The notes beneath the pieces are model-generated. The model was not told the DNA's origin. It searched no databases and saw nothing but the letters and a program-made list of their open reading frames with translations. This document shows positions 30,474-40,470 of a DNA stretch of 64,000 bases, in pieces. The stretch's first letter is position 1. Each line of letters opens with the position of its first letter. The translations under genes were made by a program, and so were the position numbers. Source of the DNA: a virus (taxonomy: Duplodnaviria; Caudoviricetes); IMG/VR virus record IMGVR_UViG_3300022824_000016, positions 1 through 64,000 of that record. One strand, written 5' to 3'.

Positions 30474-32520
30474 TAGAGGACCAAATTTTTGTCCCCTAAC
30501 CAAAAAACTCAAACGCAATTCTAACCGGCGCACTGCGCCAGAAAGCAGCGTCAACATCATGGCTACTCTTGCCACTTCCTTCGATGAAACCGCAGTGCCC
30601 TCTATCTCCAAAACTGCCCAGCGCTTCCGCACCTGGGCTGACGCCCTGCAGCCAAAGATCGACCACGCAGGACGACCAATGACGCTGAATTCCACGCCCA
30701 AGCGGAATAAGGAATACCAGTCTCGGCTGCATGATTGCCGCAATCTGGAGCGCACACAGCGGGCATTGCTCACTCTCGCTGACGCCCACGAAAACGGAAC
30801 GATTCTTCCCGAGCTGGCCGGATTTACAAAGAAAAATGAAATTGAACGGATGGTACATAAGGGAATCGACTGCGGCAAAGGCGGTTATTATTCTGTGATT
30901 GAATCAGACGACTATTCCGACACTTCCGAATCGGCACGGCTCCTGCAGTCTATGATTGACGGCAATTCCACCGAGCGCATCGAACGCGAACGACTGCGCA
31001 AAATCAGCGAACTCGAAGCCGAAATCCAACTATCCAATATTCCTGGATACTTCCCCACGCCTGCGCCCGTAATTGAAATCATGTTGCGCCGTGCACGGTT
31101 GAGCCGACTTAGCAAGGGAATGCGCATTCTGGAACCGGAAGCAGGCAGCGGACATATTGCCGATGCGATCCACGCCGCTTACCCTGAGTTGGAATTGGAA
31201 GTCATCGAGCCGGTTTTGCGGTTGCGCAAGATCCTGCAACTCAAGGGTTACAAGTTGGTCGGAGACGATTTTCTTCAGGTTTCTACCGCCGAACTCGGAA
31301 CCTATAACCGGATCATCATGAATCCGCCCTTTGAGCGGCAGCAAGATCTGGACCACATCCGCAAGGCATACTCTTTGCTCGCGCCTAGCGGCGCTTTGAT
31401 TTCCGTTCTGAGCCCCAGCTTTGAATTCCGCAACGACCGCAAGAGCACGGAGTTTCGCGCATGGTTGCAATCGCTCAATGCCCAATGGGAAGAACTTCCG
31501 GATGGTTCTTTCAAGGCCAGCGGTACCGGCGTTTCCACGCGGTTGCTAGTGATTGAGCGCTACTAGAAAGATCTTTTGATAGAGCAACCACAAATTCAAA
31601 GACAGCGGGAAAAAGGAATAAGCCCATGAGCTATGCGCAGATGATGAAGTGGCACCGCACCCACCGCAAGGGAACTCGTCAGCCGGTTCTGATGTCGACC
31701 GGCTCCGGATTCTGGCCCGCTCACAGTTGGCTGGAAAACACTTTTGCGCCTTACGTCGAACAGTGCAAAGCGGCAGACATTGAACCGATGGAATGCCAAG
31801 CCTATTACAACGCCACACTGAGCGGAGGAATCGGCGATCCACGGTTCGCTGATGATTGACAATCATTCACACTTTGGTGTTTTCCTGCTATTGACGCCGA
31901 GGTGCGAACAAGCGCATTCTTTCAAGAGATCTATTTGATAGAGGGTCAATGGATCTTAAACCATTTTGAAAAACTGGCCCGGCGTTCCGGGCACACCGAG
32001 GCAACCATGAACGCAGCACAGACATACCGGCCACAGCTCCTGATTGATTTGCCGCCGATGGCTGAAAATGCGATCTGGCGCGCTATCGATCCGCGCGACC
32101 GGCACCGCATTGATTGCGACCACATTGGCACGTGCGGAGAACAAGCTATTTGGGCAACTCAGCACGGCAGACTGTACGTCTGCAACTATCACCGCTTTGT
32201 CTACGAGGTTCAGCGCGCCGTCGAAGCGCTGAAAGTCCAGGATCCGGACTGCGATCAGGATCTCGAACCGGATGATTCGGTACTGGCATAAGAGAAATCA
32301 GGATGGCCAACGAACGCACAAAACTCCGGCACAAGCCGCTTCCGGCGCTAACGCTGCGCTGTGAATGGTGCAAACGACTTTTTGCGTGGAAGCCAGGCTG
32401 TACCACGCAAGCCATGTTTTTTGTACGCCGCACCTGCTCCAGGTATTGCCGCAGCAGATTGCGCAGCTGGGAACTGGCACATCCATCATCGGCTACAATT
32501 CTTCTTTGATAGAAGACCAG
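28758..32520 (+). repeat. Dispersed motif TTTGATAG-(G/A)(T/G)-GACCAA at gene boundaries, 7 copies
   Basis: Copies at 28758, 29064, 29858, 30469, 31575, 31934 and 32505 (the last three degenerate); a weaker copy at 22883. Confidence 0.75.
30559..31566 (+). CDS. N6-adenine DNA methyltransferase with N-terminal extension
   Basis: YFPTP, ILEPEAGSG (motif I), IIMNPPF (motif IV). Confidence 0.85.
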   Translation: MATLATSFDETAVPSISKTAQRFRTWADALQPKIDHAGRPMTLNSTPKRNKEYQSRLHDCRNLERTQRALLTLADAHENGTILPELAGFTKKNEIERMVHKGIDCGKGGYYSVIESDDYSDTSESARLLQSMIDGNSTERIERERLRKISELEAEIQLSNIPGYFPTPAPVIEIMLRRARLSRLSKGMRILEPEAGSGHIADAIHAAYPELELEVIEPVLRLRKILQLKGYKLVGDDFLQVSTAELGTYNRIIMNPPFERQQDLDHIRKAYSLLAPSGALISVLSPSFEFRNDRKSTEFRAWLQSLNAQWEELPDGSFKASGTGVSTRLLVIERY

Positions 32521-35500
32521 AAATGCAGTGCTGTTTGGCCTTTTTTTCAATGAGTTTTTGTCGAACTTTTACTTTTCAGATTAAAGGGAGTCGTGCGTGA
32601 TCGAAGAAATTGTTAAAAAGGTTTATCACTGCACCTGCGATCATGCCGACTGCCGACATGTATGGGATGCCTGGGAAATACCAAAACGGTGCGCCAAATG
32701 CAAAAGACATACCTGGAACCGTCCAGACCGTCGACACGAATCTCTAGCCAATACGGCGGAGCATAATTGGATACGTTTAAAACAATGCACAGTCTGTCAC
32801 GGTACCGAGTGGATCAAGGATGCACAAGGAAAATCAGTTTGTGCTCATTGTGCCGCCGATATAACATCCACCAGGGAGAAAAAGAAAACACCAGCAAAGA
32901 TCCGCAAATGAAGGGGGTGCTCTTTCGATGACGCATATTTTTTCATTGCGTGCTGCATGGAAATATCGGGGCGCAGCTCCGTATGTGCCGGGATGCGAGT
33001 GGTACACATGGGGCAATTGCAATGTCTTTGTAGGTCTGGAGCAGGTTGGCTGGCACCTGAGTATCAGCACTCCCAATCGCAATCCCACGTGGGAAGAGAT
33101 CAAGCAGGCGCGTTATGATCTGCTTCCTCATGACGTGACCATGGCCCTGATTTTGCCGCCCACTGCAGAATATGTGAACATTCATGAGTTCTGCTTCCAT
33201 CTTTACCAAATATCAAATGAGGAGTTACAGCAATGATTCATCGTGGCCGCATTCCTGGCTGGCATTGCGTCTGCAACCTCTGCGGATACAAGTGGGATTC
33301 TATTGCCAAAGATCCACCTGAAGCCTGCGCGAATCACACCTGCCACTCCCGCGAATGGAATGGCAAAAAGATACATGCTCCCAGACTGACCATTGAACTG
33401 CCGAAGCCGAGAAAAGTGCGACACTCTGCATTCGATTGAGAACATGTGAATCGAAAAACATTTAAGATGCGCCTCAAATGCGCTTTGCGGCTTTTTAATG
33501 TTTTTGGACATAGAATAGTGGCATGAAAAAACCGCCCAAAAAGTCCAGCACGCATCGCGTTCCTGATTCCGACACGGAGCCCGACTGGACCGGAAAATGC
33601 GCTGTCTGCGGCGCATCACCAATCGTTCCGGCAACCGGTCTGTGCGGACCCTGCACATGGGGAGAAGCAGACACCGCGGACGGTAATTGGTAAACCCGAT
33701 GAACACGAGGTACACCTCTATGGATCTGCAAATGATTTTGATAAATGTGCTGAGCGCGTTTGTGTGGTGCATGGTTTTGCTGGTGGTCGGCCTCTGTGCA
33801 CTTGCTGGTGTTTCTTTGTGCGGCGTACTGAAAACGATTTTTCGCAAAAAGCCAATGCGATAACTCTGTTTATTAAAGTTTAAAACGTTTATTACTCGAC
33901 AAAACAAACTAGTTTGTATAATATAAAAATAAACATACTTTTGCTGCGCACAAGCGGCGAGAAATCGAGGAAAAAAATGCCTGGAATTTTGCAATTGACA
34001 CTACCCAGAGAAGAGCCAAAACGGGGCCGCGGTCGTCCGCGCACGCCTCCCGAAGTCATCGCTGAACGGCAGCGCCTTGCAGCCCAGCAGCAAACTGCAC
34101 AAATCACCAACCCGGTGGATCAGGCGCGTGCCGTCTTCCGTTCCGGCAATCGGCTTTCTGCCCTGGTTGGGCTGATAATGGGTGGATTCGTTCCTCTCGC
34201 CTGCTACACGCTGATTCACCTGGAAGTTAGCACCCGTCCCACATTGTGGGTGCTAGTGGCCGGTGGACTGGTATATAGTGCTCTCAACATGTTCAGTTGG
34301 ATGCAGAGACTGTTCGGGAACTGGTGGATGCCGTTAGGATGGGTTGTACTGCTCGAAGGCAGCATGACGGCCAGCAAAATTGCGTGGCTTAGCCTTACCG
34401 GTCTGGCGATTTTGATGATTTTGGATGGCGTAACGACAGCCATTACTATCACTCTCCAGAAACCGAGGGAAGAACAATGATTAACTGGACCTCTTTGGCA
34501 ATTGGCGTTGTTATCGGTATTGACCTGACTTCCCTTGGAATCAGCCTTTGGAATCTTTGCTACAGGCCCATCAGGCGCACTAATGAGCCGGTTATCACAC
34601 ATAAATGCCGCGAATGCGGAAAAATTACTGGACACGGGGGAAATAATGATTGTAGCTAGTGTCAATAAGGCGTCGACCAAAAACGGCAATAACCTATTGC
34701 TGTTGATTTTGGAACCTGCAAATCTGGAGAAGTTAAAACTTGGGCAACCGATCATAAAAAACCTTAACCAGTTTTTTCCTCAGTTGCCCGAAAAAGTCGA
34801 TTTGATGCTTGCCTACACGCCAGATGCTGAATGGCTTTCTGAACAACTTGCGAACAACAAAAATCTGGTTGATTCCCTTTCCAACAGTTTGGAACGCCCT
34901 GAAGTTTTGATCCGTCCTTACCATGAAGCAGAAGATTTGACTCAACATCAAAAAATAGAGGGAGAAGAAGCATGACCGAAACCTGGGATTTCGTCATATT
35001 GGTGACTATGATTTTTGTTAGCATTCTGCTCAACTATTGCCAATTCAGCATGCTTGAAAAGCTCCACAAAGAAAGCGAATCGCGTAGTGACCAGATGAAT
35101 ACGGAATTAACAGCGCGCATTGACCGCATAAATTTTGAACTACACACACGGCTGGACCAGCAGTAATCGAAACGGCATTAAAATTGAGATACTGGAAAAG
35201 AAACCAGTGGATGATACATCATGGCCCACATCTACAACTTTGCCGAATTCCAGGTTGATCGTAAGTCGGATACTCATGGCTGGACTATTTCCATGGGTGG
35301 CATGGGCGGCAAATCGGATTGCCCGCATCTCCGTCTGCTTTTTGATGAAAACGGTCATACGGTTGAGTGCAAAGACTGTGGCAAAGAGGTCAGCGCATGG
35401 TGGGCATTTATGTCGATTATGGAACGTTTCCAGCACGAATGGGACAAGCTGAAATCCGCACAGGCCATTCTGGAAAAGGCCGAAGCGCGTGTACTGACTC

Positions 35501-35700
35501 ACAAAGCAGCAATCATTGTGGAAGATGCCTGGCGGCGCCACAAATACGTTCCCACTTGCCCGCACTGCAACAAACCCATTTTTCCAATCGATAAATTTGG
35601 TCTTAGCTGTATCAGCCGTGAGTACGCGGAAGCCAATGCAAAACCAATGAAATTGAAAGCTAATTTGGAATTAGTACAGACTGCAGAACCGGATAAATAA
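31626..35700 (+). CDS. Cluster of small hypothetical genes, several Zn-ribbon-like, one membrane protein (33977-34480)
   Basis: CxxC pairs in 32597-32911, 33233-33439 and 35221-35700; GRGRPR plus hydrophobic helices in 33977-34480. Confidence 0.55.
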
Positions 35701-35708
35701 ACCGCATC

Positions 35709-36053
35709 TCAAATACGATGTACGTAGACTCTGATTCCTTTTTTGGTAGCGTAGTCGATCATGTGCTTTGTACCATGGCTTTTGCCGTCCCACAACGCAA
35801 TCAATGCTTCAGCATAATCTCCCATCTGTTTATTGCGAACGAATGCCGCATGCGGCCGACCGTATCTTTTCCTGTCGGGAGGAAAGAGTTTGATGGGGAT
35901 ATTGTTGATTTCTGCCCATTGCTCTCCTAGTGTGTCTACACCTGCCGCATGTCCGGAGACGACTTCGGTGATCTCAAATTCCGATTCGTGAATCGCGACA
36001 TCAAGTGCGTCCATGTCGGTAATCGATCGGCTACCAGCGAGAATAACTTTCAT
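35709..36053 (-). CDS. DUF2493/SLOG-family protein
   Basis: MKVILAGSR...VVSGHAAGVDTLGEQWA...RNKQM...ALWDGKSHGT. Confidence 0.85.
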   Translation of the reverse strand: MKVILAGSRSITDMDALDVAIHESEFEITEVVSGHAAGVDTLGEQWAEINNIPIKLFPPDRKRYGRPHAAFVRNKQMGDYAEALIALWDGKSHGTKHMIDYATKKGIRVYVHRI

Positions 36054-36151
36054 TTTACGTCCTCATGGGAACAGTCCAGAATCCGGACTTTTTCAATTAT
36101 AATTGCGGGCGTGAAAAAAACAGTGTATATTCCCTCTGCTGGAGGAAATCC

Positions 36152-36913
36152 ATGGCAAAGCTGCATGAACTGTTGGCCGTGCTGAGCAACCTGAGCGGCC
36201 AGGCTACCAAAAAGCGCACAGACCTGAAGACGACTTTTGACAAAAAGCGGCATCTCTTTGAGGAAACGCGCAAGACATTTACGTCCAATGATGAGCAGGA
36301 AAAACCACAGGTTGAAGAGCAGAAGGATATTCAGTCGACTGTGATCGGTGAAATCTCCTGGATCAGACCCGCTCTGGCAAAGGCGCTGGATGTGGCTTAC
36401 CAGATAGACGTTGCCAATACTGAGGCCAAAGCTGATGTGGTAACGGAAGATGGCGATATTTTGCTGAAAGAAGTACCAGCAACCACATTGCTGCAGCTGG
36501 AAAAGCGCGTGGCTGAATGGAAGGATTTGATTCAGGCCATTCCTACCCTTGATCCAGCGAAGGGCTTTCAGCCGGATGAAGCGCGAGGAAAAGGCTATTA
36601 CAAAGCACGCGATGTGACGAAGCCACGCACAAAGAAGGTACCAGACGTGATTACGCTGGCACCGGCTACCAAAGAGCATCCGGCTCAGACTCAGTTGATT
36701 TCGGTGGATAAGCCAGTTGGCACGATTTTGGAGCAGGAATGGAGTTCTCTGATTACGCCTGCAATCAAATCAGATCTACTGGATCGCGTGGAAACATTGC
36801 TGCGCGCTGTGTCCAAGGCTCGTTCCAAGGCCAATGACCATGCGGTTGACACGCACGACAAAAAGATTGGGGCGGAGTTGCTGGACTTTGTTTTTCAGCC
36901 GCTCGGTTCCTAA
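36152..36913 (+). CDS. Conserved uncharacterised protein (family with KL..L.AV N-terminus, LL.LEK, RTKK...A.AT.EHPAQ)
   Basis: GGAGG RBS; motifs recalled from a widespread actinobacterial/phage hypothetical family. Confidence 0.75.
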   Translation: MAKLHELLAVLSNLSGQATKKRTDLKTTFDKKRHLFEETRKTFTSNDEQEKPQVEEQKDIQSTVIGEISWIRPALAKALDVAYQIDVANTEAKADVVTEDGDILLKEVPATTLLQLEKRVAEWKDLIQAIPTLDPAKGFQPDEARGKGYYKARDVTKPRTKKVPDVITLAPATKEHPAQTQLISVDKPVGTILEQEWSSLITPAIKSDLLDRVETLLRAVSKARSKANDHAVDTHDKKIGAELLDFVFQPLGS

Positions 36914-36916
36914 AAG

Positions 36917-37013
36917 TTTGGGTGGGGCCGAAAGGTCCGATCCAGGCTCAGACTCAGACTTGTACGCAGACTCAACTCCGGCATCTGAAAGCCGGATCAG
37001 ACTTTCACCCAAA
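36917..37013 (+). ncRNA. Y-RNA-like element (Ro60-type helix)
   Basis: Ends pair (TTTGGGTG/CACCCAAA); GGTCCGATCC pairs with GGATCAGACT leaving the second C of GGUCCGA unpaired. Confidence 0.55.
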
Positions 37014-37038
37014 GGTTTATCGCAGTAAACGATAGCGA

Positions 37039-37157
37039 ACCGGGCGAAACTTACGAACGGAAGGCGCGGGTTCGAATCCCGCAGGGCGCCCCAAAAAAAT
37101 ATGCGCCCTTGGCTCAGGGGTAGAGCGTCTGCATCAGATTAAAAGTTTCGGGCTGGT
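37039..37157 (+). ncRNA. YrlA-like circularly permuted tRNA mimic
   Basis: T-arm GCGGG-TTCGAAT-CCCGC, then loop-closed acceptor AGGGCGC/GCGCCCT, then D-arm GCTC-AGGGGTA-GAGC, all enclosed by a long stem (CGAAACTT/AAGTTTCG, ACCGG/CTGGT). Confidence 0.75.
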
Positions 37158-37179
37158 AAGCAAGGCGTGCTGCACAACC

Positions 37180-37252
37180 AATCGACTAGCTCAGTTGGTA
37201 GAGCGTCTGACTTGTAATCAGAATGTCGCCGGTTCAAATCCGGTGTCGATAT
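37180..37252 (+). tRNA. tRNA-Thr(TGT), no encoded CCA, 1:72 mismatch
   Basis: ATCGAC/GTCGAT acceptor, TAGCTCAGTTGGTAGAGC D-arm, TCTGA-CTTGTAA-TCAGA anticodon arm, GCCGG-TTCAAAT-CCGGT T-arm. Confidence 0.85.
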
Positions 37253-37257
37253 TCGTA

Positions 37258-37294
37258 GGGCCGTCCGCGCGGAAGCGGGCGGCCCATTAATTTT
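37258..37294 (+). terminator. Terminator after the ncRNA/tRNA cluster
   Basis: GGGCCGTCCGC-GCGGAA-GCGGGCGGCCC followed by an AT-rich tail. Confidence 0.7.
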
Positions 37295-37375
37295 GGATCA
37301 TGTTTTTGCATTGAAAATGCCTGCACCTGTGCGGCAGCGCTATAATTACGCACGTGACAAACACAGAGGCATGAC

Positions 37376-37468
37376 ATGTCAGGTGTAAACGTAAAAGACG
37401 TTACCGGATTTTTTATGCTTCTGCTGTTTTTTGTTTTGGCGATGCTTTCCAGGAATAAGCGAAATTAA
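37376..37468 (+). CDS. 30-aa hydrophobic peptide (not in the ORF track)
   Basis: MSGVNVKDVTGFFMLLLFFVLAMLSRNKRN*; AGAGG RBS; TATAAT about 35 nt upstream. Confidence 0.5.
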   Translation: MSGVNVKDVTGFFMLLLFFVLAMLSRNKRN

Positions 37469-37572
37469 GCCGTTCCAGAAAAGTGGACAGCTTTTCAATT
37501 GTGGCATTTAGATGTGTTATTTTAATTGCGCGCATCGCATAAAATCAATAAACTGTTTGCGAGGAGTTTGCG

Positions 37573-39834
37573 ATGATTCAACACTTAACCTACGATGACA
37601 CCTATGTTTATGTGCATGCCGCTGATACGTCGCTGAAAACCACCAAAGCCTTTACGCATGGCACGATTGTTTTTGATATAACATCGCGCACGGTGGTTTT
37701 TGGAAATCTGGACGCCGTGGAGATTCCAAAAGGTCTCATTCTTGAAGCAGGCAAAACGCTCACCTTTCAACTGGTGGGGTCCAACGGCAAATTGCGCCCG
37801 CAGACTCGCTCCGGCGCATTGCTGGGGAATGAGAAACATCCGGAGCTGCTGCGTGTGTCTGGCATGGCAAAGACACCACGCCGATTTGCCGCTGAAGACG
37901 GTTGGGGAAATGCAATCTATAAATTCCGCGCCTACTTTACACATCCCGGAATTGACATGACCTCCGACGGACAGTTCAAAAAATTTGAAGATCTTCCTGA
38001 GTGGCTCAGAGGCTGTATTGAAAGACAAAAAGCGTTATGGAACCGGCTGGCGTGGCTTTGCCGCGATGCGCGGAGAAAATGCTCTCCGGTTTTGCCTGAG
38101 CAGATCGCAGAGTTTGTGGCGAATACAATCCTGCCAGAGATCGATGCTTTCAATCTAACGCGGAGCAGAGACAAAACCAAAGAAAAAATGCGGCACCCAG
38201 CTAAACTCAAAATAGCAGCACCCGGCGTGGACGGGTTGTGGAGTTTTGTTGGCGAACTGCGCGGGCGGATCGAAAAAAAACTCCCGGTACCAGATGGGCT
38301 GCTCGAAAAGGTGGTGGAATATGCCGAACAGTTTAAACCAGACTATACGCCACTGAATGAGTTTATGCGCGACTTTACAGAGATTGCTGAAAAAGAGGCT
38401 GTGGCATTGGGACTGAAACGCTTTGAGATCCGGCCTACTGTGAGCGCCTTCAAAGCAGTTCTGGACCGACGTAAAACTACCGCAGCTTCCTGGTCAGAAG
38501 GCTGGCCATTGATCAAATATCCTGACGGCCCCAAAGCTGGCAATTGGGGGATACATTATTACTTCAACAAGGCGGGTGTAGGTTCAGAACTTTTTGAAAA
38601 CGGCCAAAATATACCGGGCATATGTGCAGGTCCGGCTTTTCAGCCTGCGCAGGGGGGCAGAGGAAAAGACACCATCTCTTTCTTCCAGCCTTTCGGCAAA
38701 ATATCTGTTGTTGGCACAGTGACAAAACGAGCCCTACGTCCAGTAGTGATTTCGATTCCTGCAGAGAAAGGAGAGCGATGGGATTTTCATTTTTCGATCA
38801 TGGAACACCGCGCTTTGCCGCTTAACTCTCACATCAAGGAATGGAAACTGATCTATCAGGATGGCAAACTTTGGCTGTGTCTGGTAGTTGAATTGCAGCG
38901 TCCAATTCCCAAAAAGGACTCACTTGCGGCGGGTTTGGAAATTGGCTGGCGGAGAACGGAAGAAGGTATCCGTTTTGCCACGCTTTACGAACCGACAACG
39001 AAAAGCATCTGTGAAGCAACAATCAACTTTCAGCGATCTCCCAAAGATCACAAAGATCGTGTCCCGTTTCGCATTGACTTGGGTCCCACACGATGGGAGA
39101 AACGTCATATCACTGAATTGCTTCCAGATTGGAAACCGAAAGATGCAATTCCCAATGTGATTGAAATACGAATGGTTTTAGCCGCACGCTGTGATTATCT
39201 GAAAGATACAGCCAAAATTCGGCTGCGCAAGCATCTGGGCGAAAATACGCCGCCATGGCTGGAGAAAGCCGGAAGCAACGGTTTGCACAGGCTGGCGCAG
39301 GAATTTATGGAAGACACTACCGTTCAAACCATTGTGAACGAATGGGAGGCAAATAATCGGCGAATTGCAAAATTGTCTGCTTTTTATTTTGCTCAAACAA
39401 CCGAGCGTTTGGAATACGCTCAACTGCAGGTAGCACACGATATTTGCAAGCATCTGCAAGCGAAAGGCATGGGACGGTTGATTTTGGAAGAAAATTTTCT
39501 GTCCAAAATTGCGCAACGGCACGACAATGAAGATCCCGAAAGTCTGAAGCGGTCGCAAAAGTATCGGCAGTTTGCAGCTCCAGGTAAATTTGTTTCTGCA
39601 GTAAAGATGATCGCAATGAAGTATGGAATCGCAATAGAGAGTCGCGAGAACATTAACCTCACACGTATATGTCATTACTGCGATCATCTGAATCCGTCCA
39701 CCGAAGCAGAAACACTTATCTGTGAAGGGTGCGGACGGGAGATCAAGCAGGACCACAACACGGCCATTAATCTCGTGCGCTTTGAAGATCTTGAACTGGC
39801 GGAAAAAGCACTGCACGCCGGAAGCAAAAAATAG
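37573..39834 (+). CDS. cas12m: Type V CRISPR effector, Cas12m-like (V-M/V-U1), with N-terminal extension
   Basis: HRALP, GLEIGWRRTEEG (RuvC-I), LILEE (RuvC-II), FAAPG, CxxC...CxxC Zn finger, QDHNTAINL (RuvC-III); GAGGAG RBS; abuts cas4. Confidence 0.75.
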   Translation: MIQHLTYDDTYVYVHAADTSLKTTKAFTHGTIVFDITSRTVVFGNLDAVEIPKGLILEAGKTLTFQLVGSNGKLRPQTRSGALLGNEKHPELLRVSGMAKTPRRFAAEDGWGNAIYKFRAYFTHPGIDMTSDGQFKKFEDLPEWLRGCIERQKALWNRLAWLCRDARRKCSPVLPEQIAEFVANTILPEIDAFNLTRSRDKTKEKMRHPAKLKIAAPGVDGLWSFVGELRGRIEKKLPVPDGLLEKVVEYAEQFKPDYTPLNEFMRDFTEIAEKEAVALGLKRFEIRPTVSAFKAVLDRRKTTAASWSEGWPLIKYPDGPKAGNWGIHYYFNKAGVGSELFENGQNIPGICAGPAFQPAQGGRGKDTISFFQPFGKISVVGTVTKRALRPVVISIPAEKGERWDFHFSIMEHRALPLNSHIKEWKLIYQDGKLWLCLVVELQRPIPKKDSLAAGLEIGWRRTEEGIRFATLYEPTTKSICEATINFQRSPKDHKDRVPFRIDLGPTRWEKRHITELLPDWKPKDAIPNVIEIRMVLAARCDYLKDTAKIRLRKHLGENTPPWLEKAGSNGLHRLAQEFMEDTTVQTIVNEWEANNRRIAKLSAFYFAQTTERLEYAQLQVAHDICKHLQAKGMGRLILEENFLSKIAQRHDNEDPESLKRSQKYRQFAAPGKFVSAVKMIAMKYGIAIESRENINLTRICHYCDHLNPSTEAETLICEGCGREIKQDHNTAINLVRFEDLELAEKALHAGSKK

Positions 39835-40470
39835 ATGGAGGACGATGATTTCATTTTGATCTCTGCGCTACAGCACTATAGCTATTGCCAGCGTCAGTGT
39901 GCATTGATTCACGCAGAACAGAGTTTTGCGGATAACGTGCACACGGCGCGAGGCAACGCGGATCATAGATTCGTCGATCTGGAAGGTTATGAATCACATG
40001 CAGATGTGCATATCGAACGAGCACTTCCTCTGGTTTGTGAGAAGATCGGTTTGCGTGGAAAAGCCGATATTGTCGAATTTTTCTCTGACGGTTCAGCCTA
40101 TCCCGTCGAGTACAAACATGGTGTGCGTCGCCCGCAGAATCATGACGACATACAACTGGTTGCCCAAGCTCTCTGCCTTGAAGAGATGACTGGCCATGTT
40201 GTACCGTTTGGTGCAATTTATCACATCGGTAGCCGTCGAAGACGCGAAGTAAAGATCACAGATGAATTACGCCAACAGGTGGTTGACATAACTCAGACAA
40301 TTCGGGAAATGCTGCAATCAGAAAAGATGCCACCTGCCCCCAACGATGCTCGTTGTACTGAATGCTCACTGATTGAAATCTGTCAACCGCAAATGCTTGC
40401 AGAACAAGTGAAACGGCAGACTTTGCGCAAAAATTTGTTCAGCGTGGAGGATGATTGCAGATCCTGTTAA
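39835..40470 (+). CDS. cas4: CRISPR-associated protein Cas4 (I-C-like)
   Basis: ISALQHYSYCQRQCALIH, GKADIVE, PVEYKHG, QLVAQALCLEEM, C-terminal CxxCSLxxxC. Confidence 0.95.
   Translation: MEDDDFILISALQHYSYCQRQCALIHAEQSFADNVHTARGNADHRFVDLEGYESHADVHIERALPLVCEKIGLRGKADIVEFFSDGSAYPVEYKHGVRRPQNHDDIQLVAQALCLEEMTGHVVPFGAIYHIGSRRRREVKITDELRQQVVDITQTIREMLQSEKMPPAPNDARCTECSLIEICQPQMLAEQVKRQTLRKNLFSVEDDCRSC

Noticed and set aside
28759-32520. TTGATA of the cassette motif as a sigma70 -35 box
   Set aside because: No consistent -10 hexamer at 16-18 bp in the copies checked
33203-33994. 263-aa minus-strand ORF
   Set aside because: Antisense to plus-strand genes and a promoter region; no protein-like features
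36980-37055. Hammerhead ribozyme (GCGAAAC present)
   Set aside because: No CUGANGA core; CTGAAAG does not fit
37039-37157. Two-piece permuted tmRNA
   Set aside because: No G3-U70 alanine determinant and no tag reading frame after the D-arm
37573-39834. IS200/IS605 TnpB or type I-C interference module
   Set aside because: No transposase nearby, direct coupling to cas4/1/2 and an array, and no cas3/5/7/8 in the window
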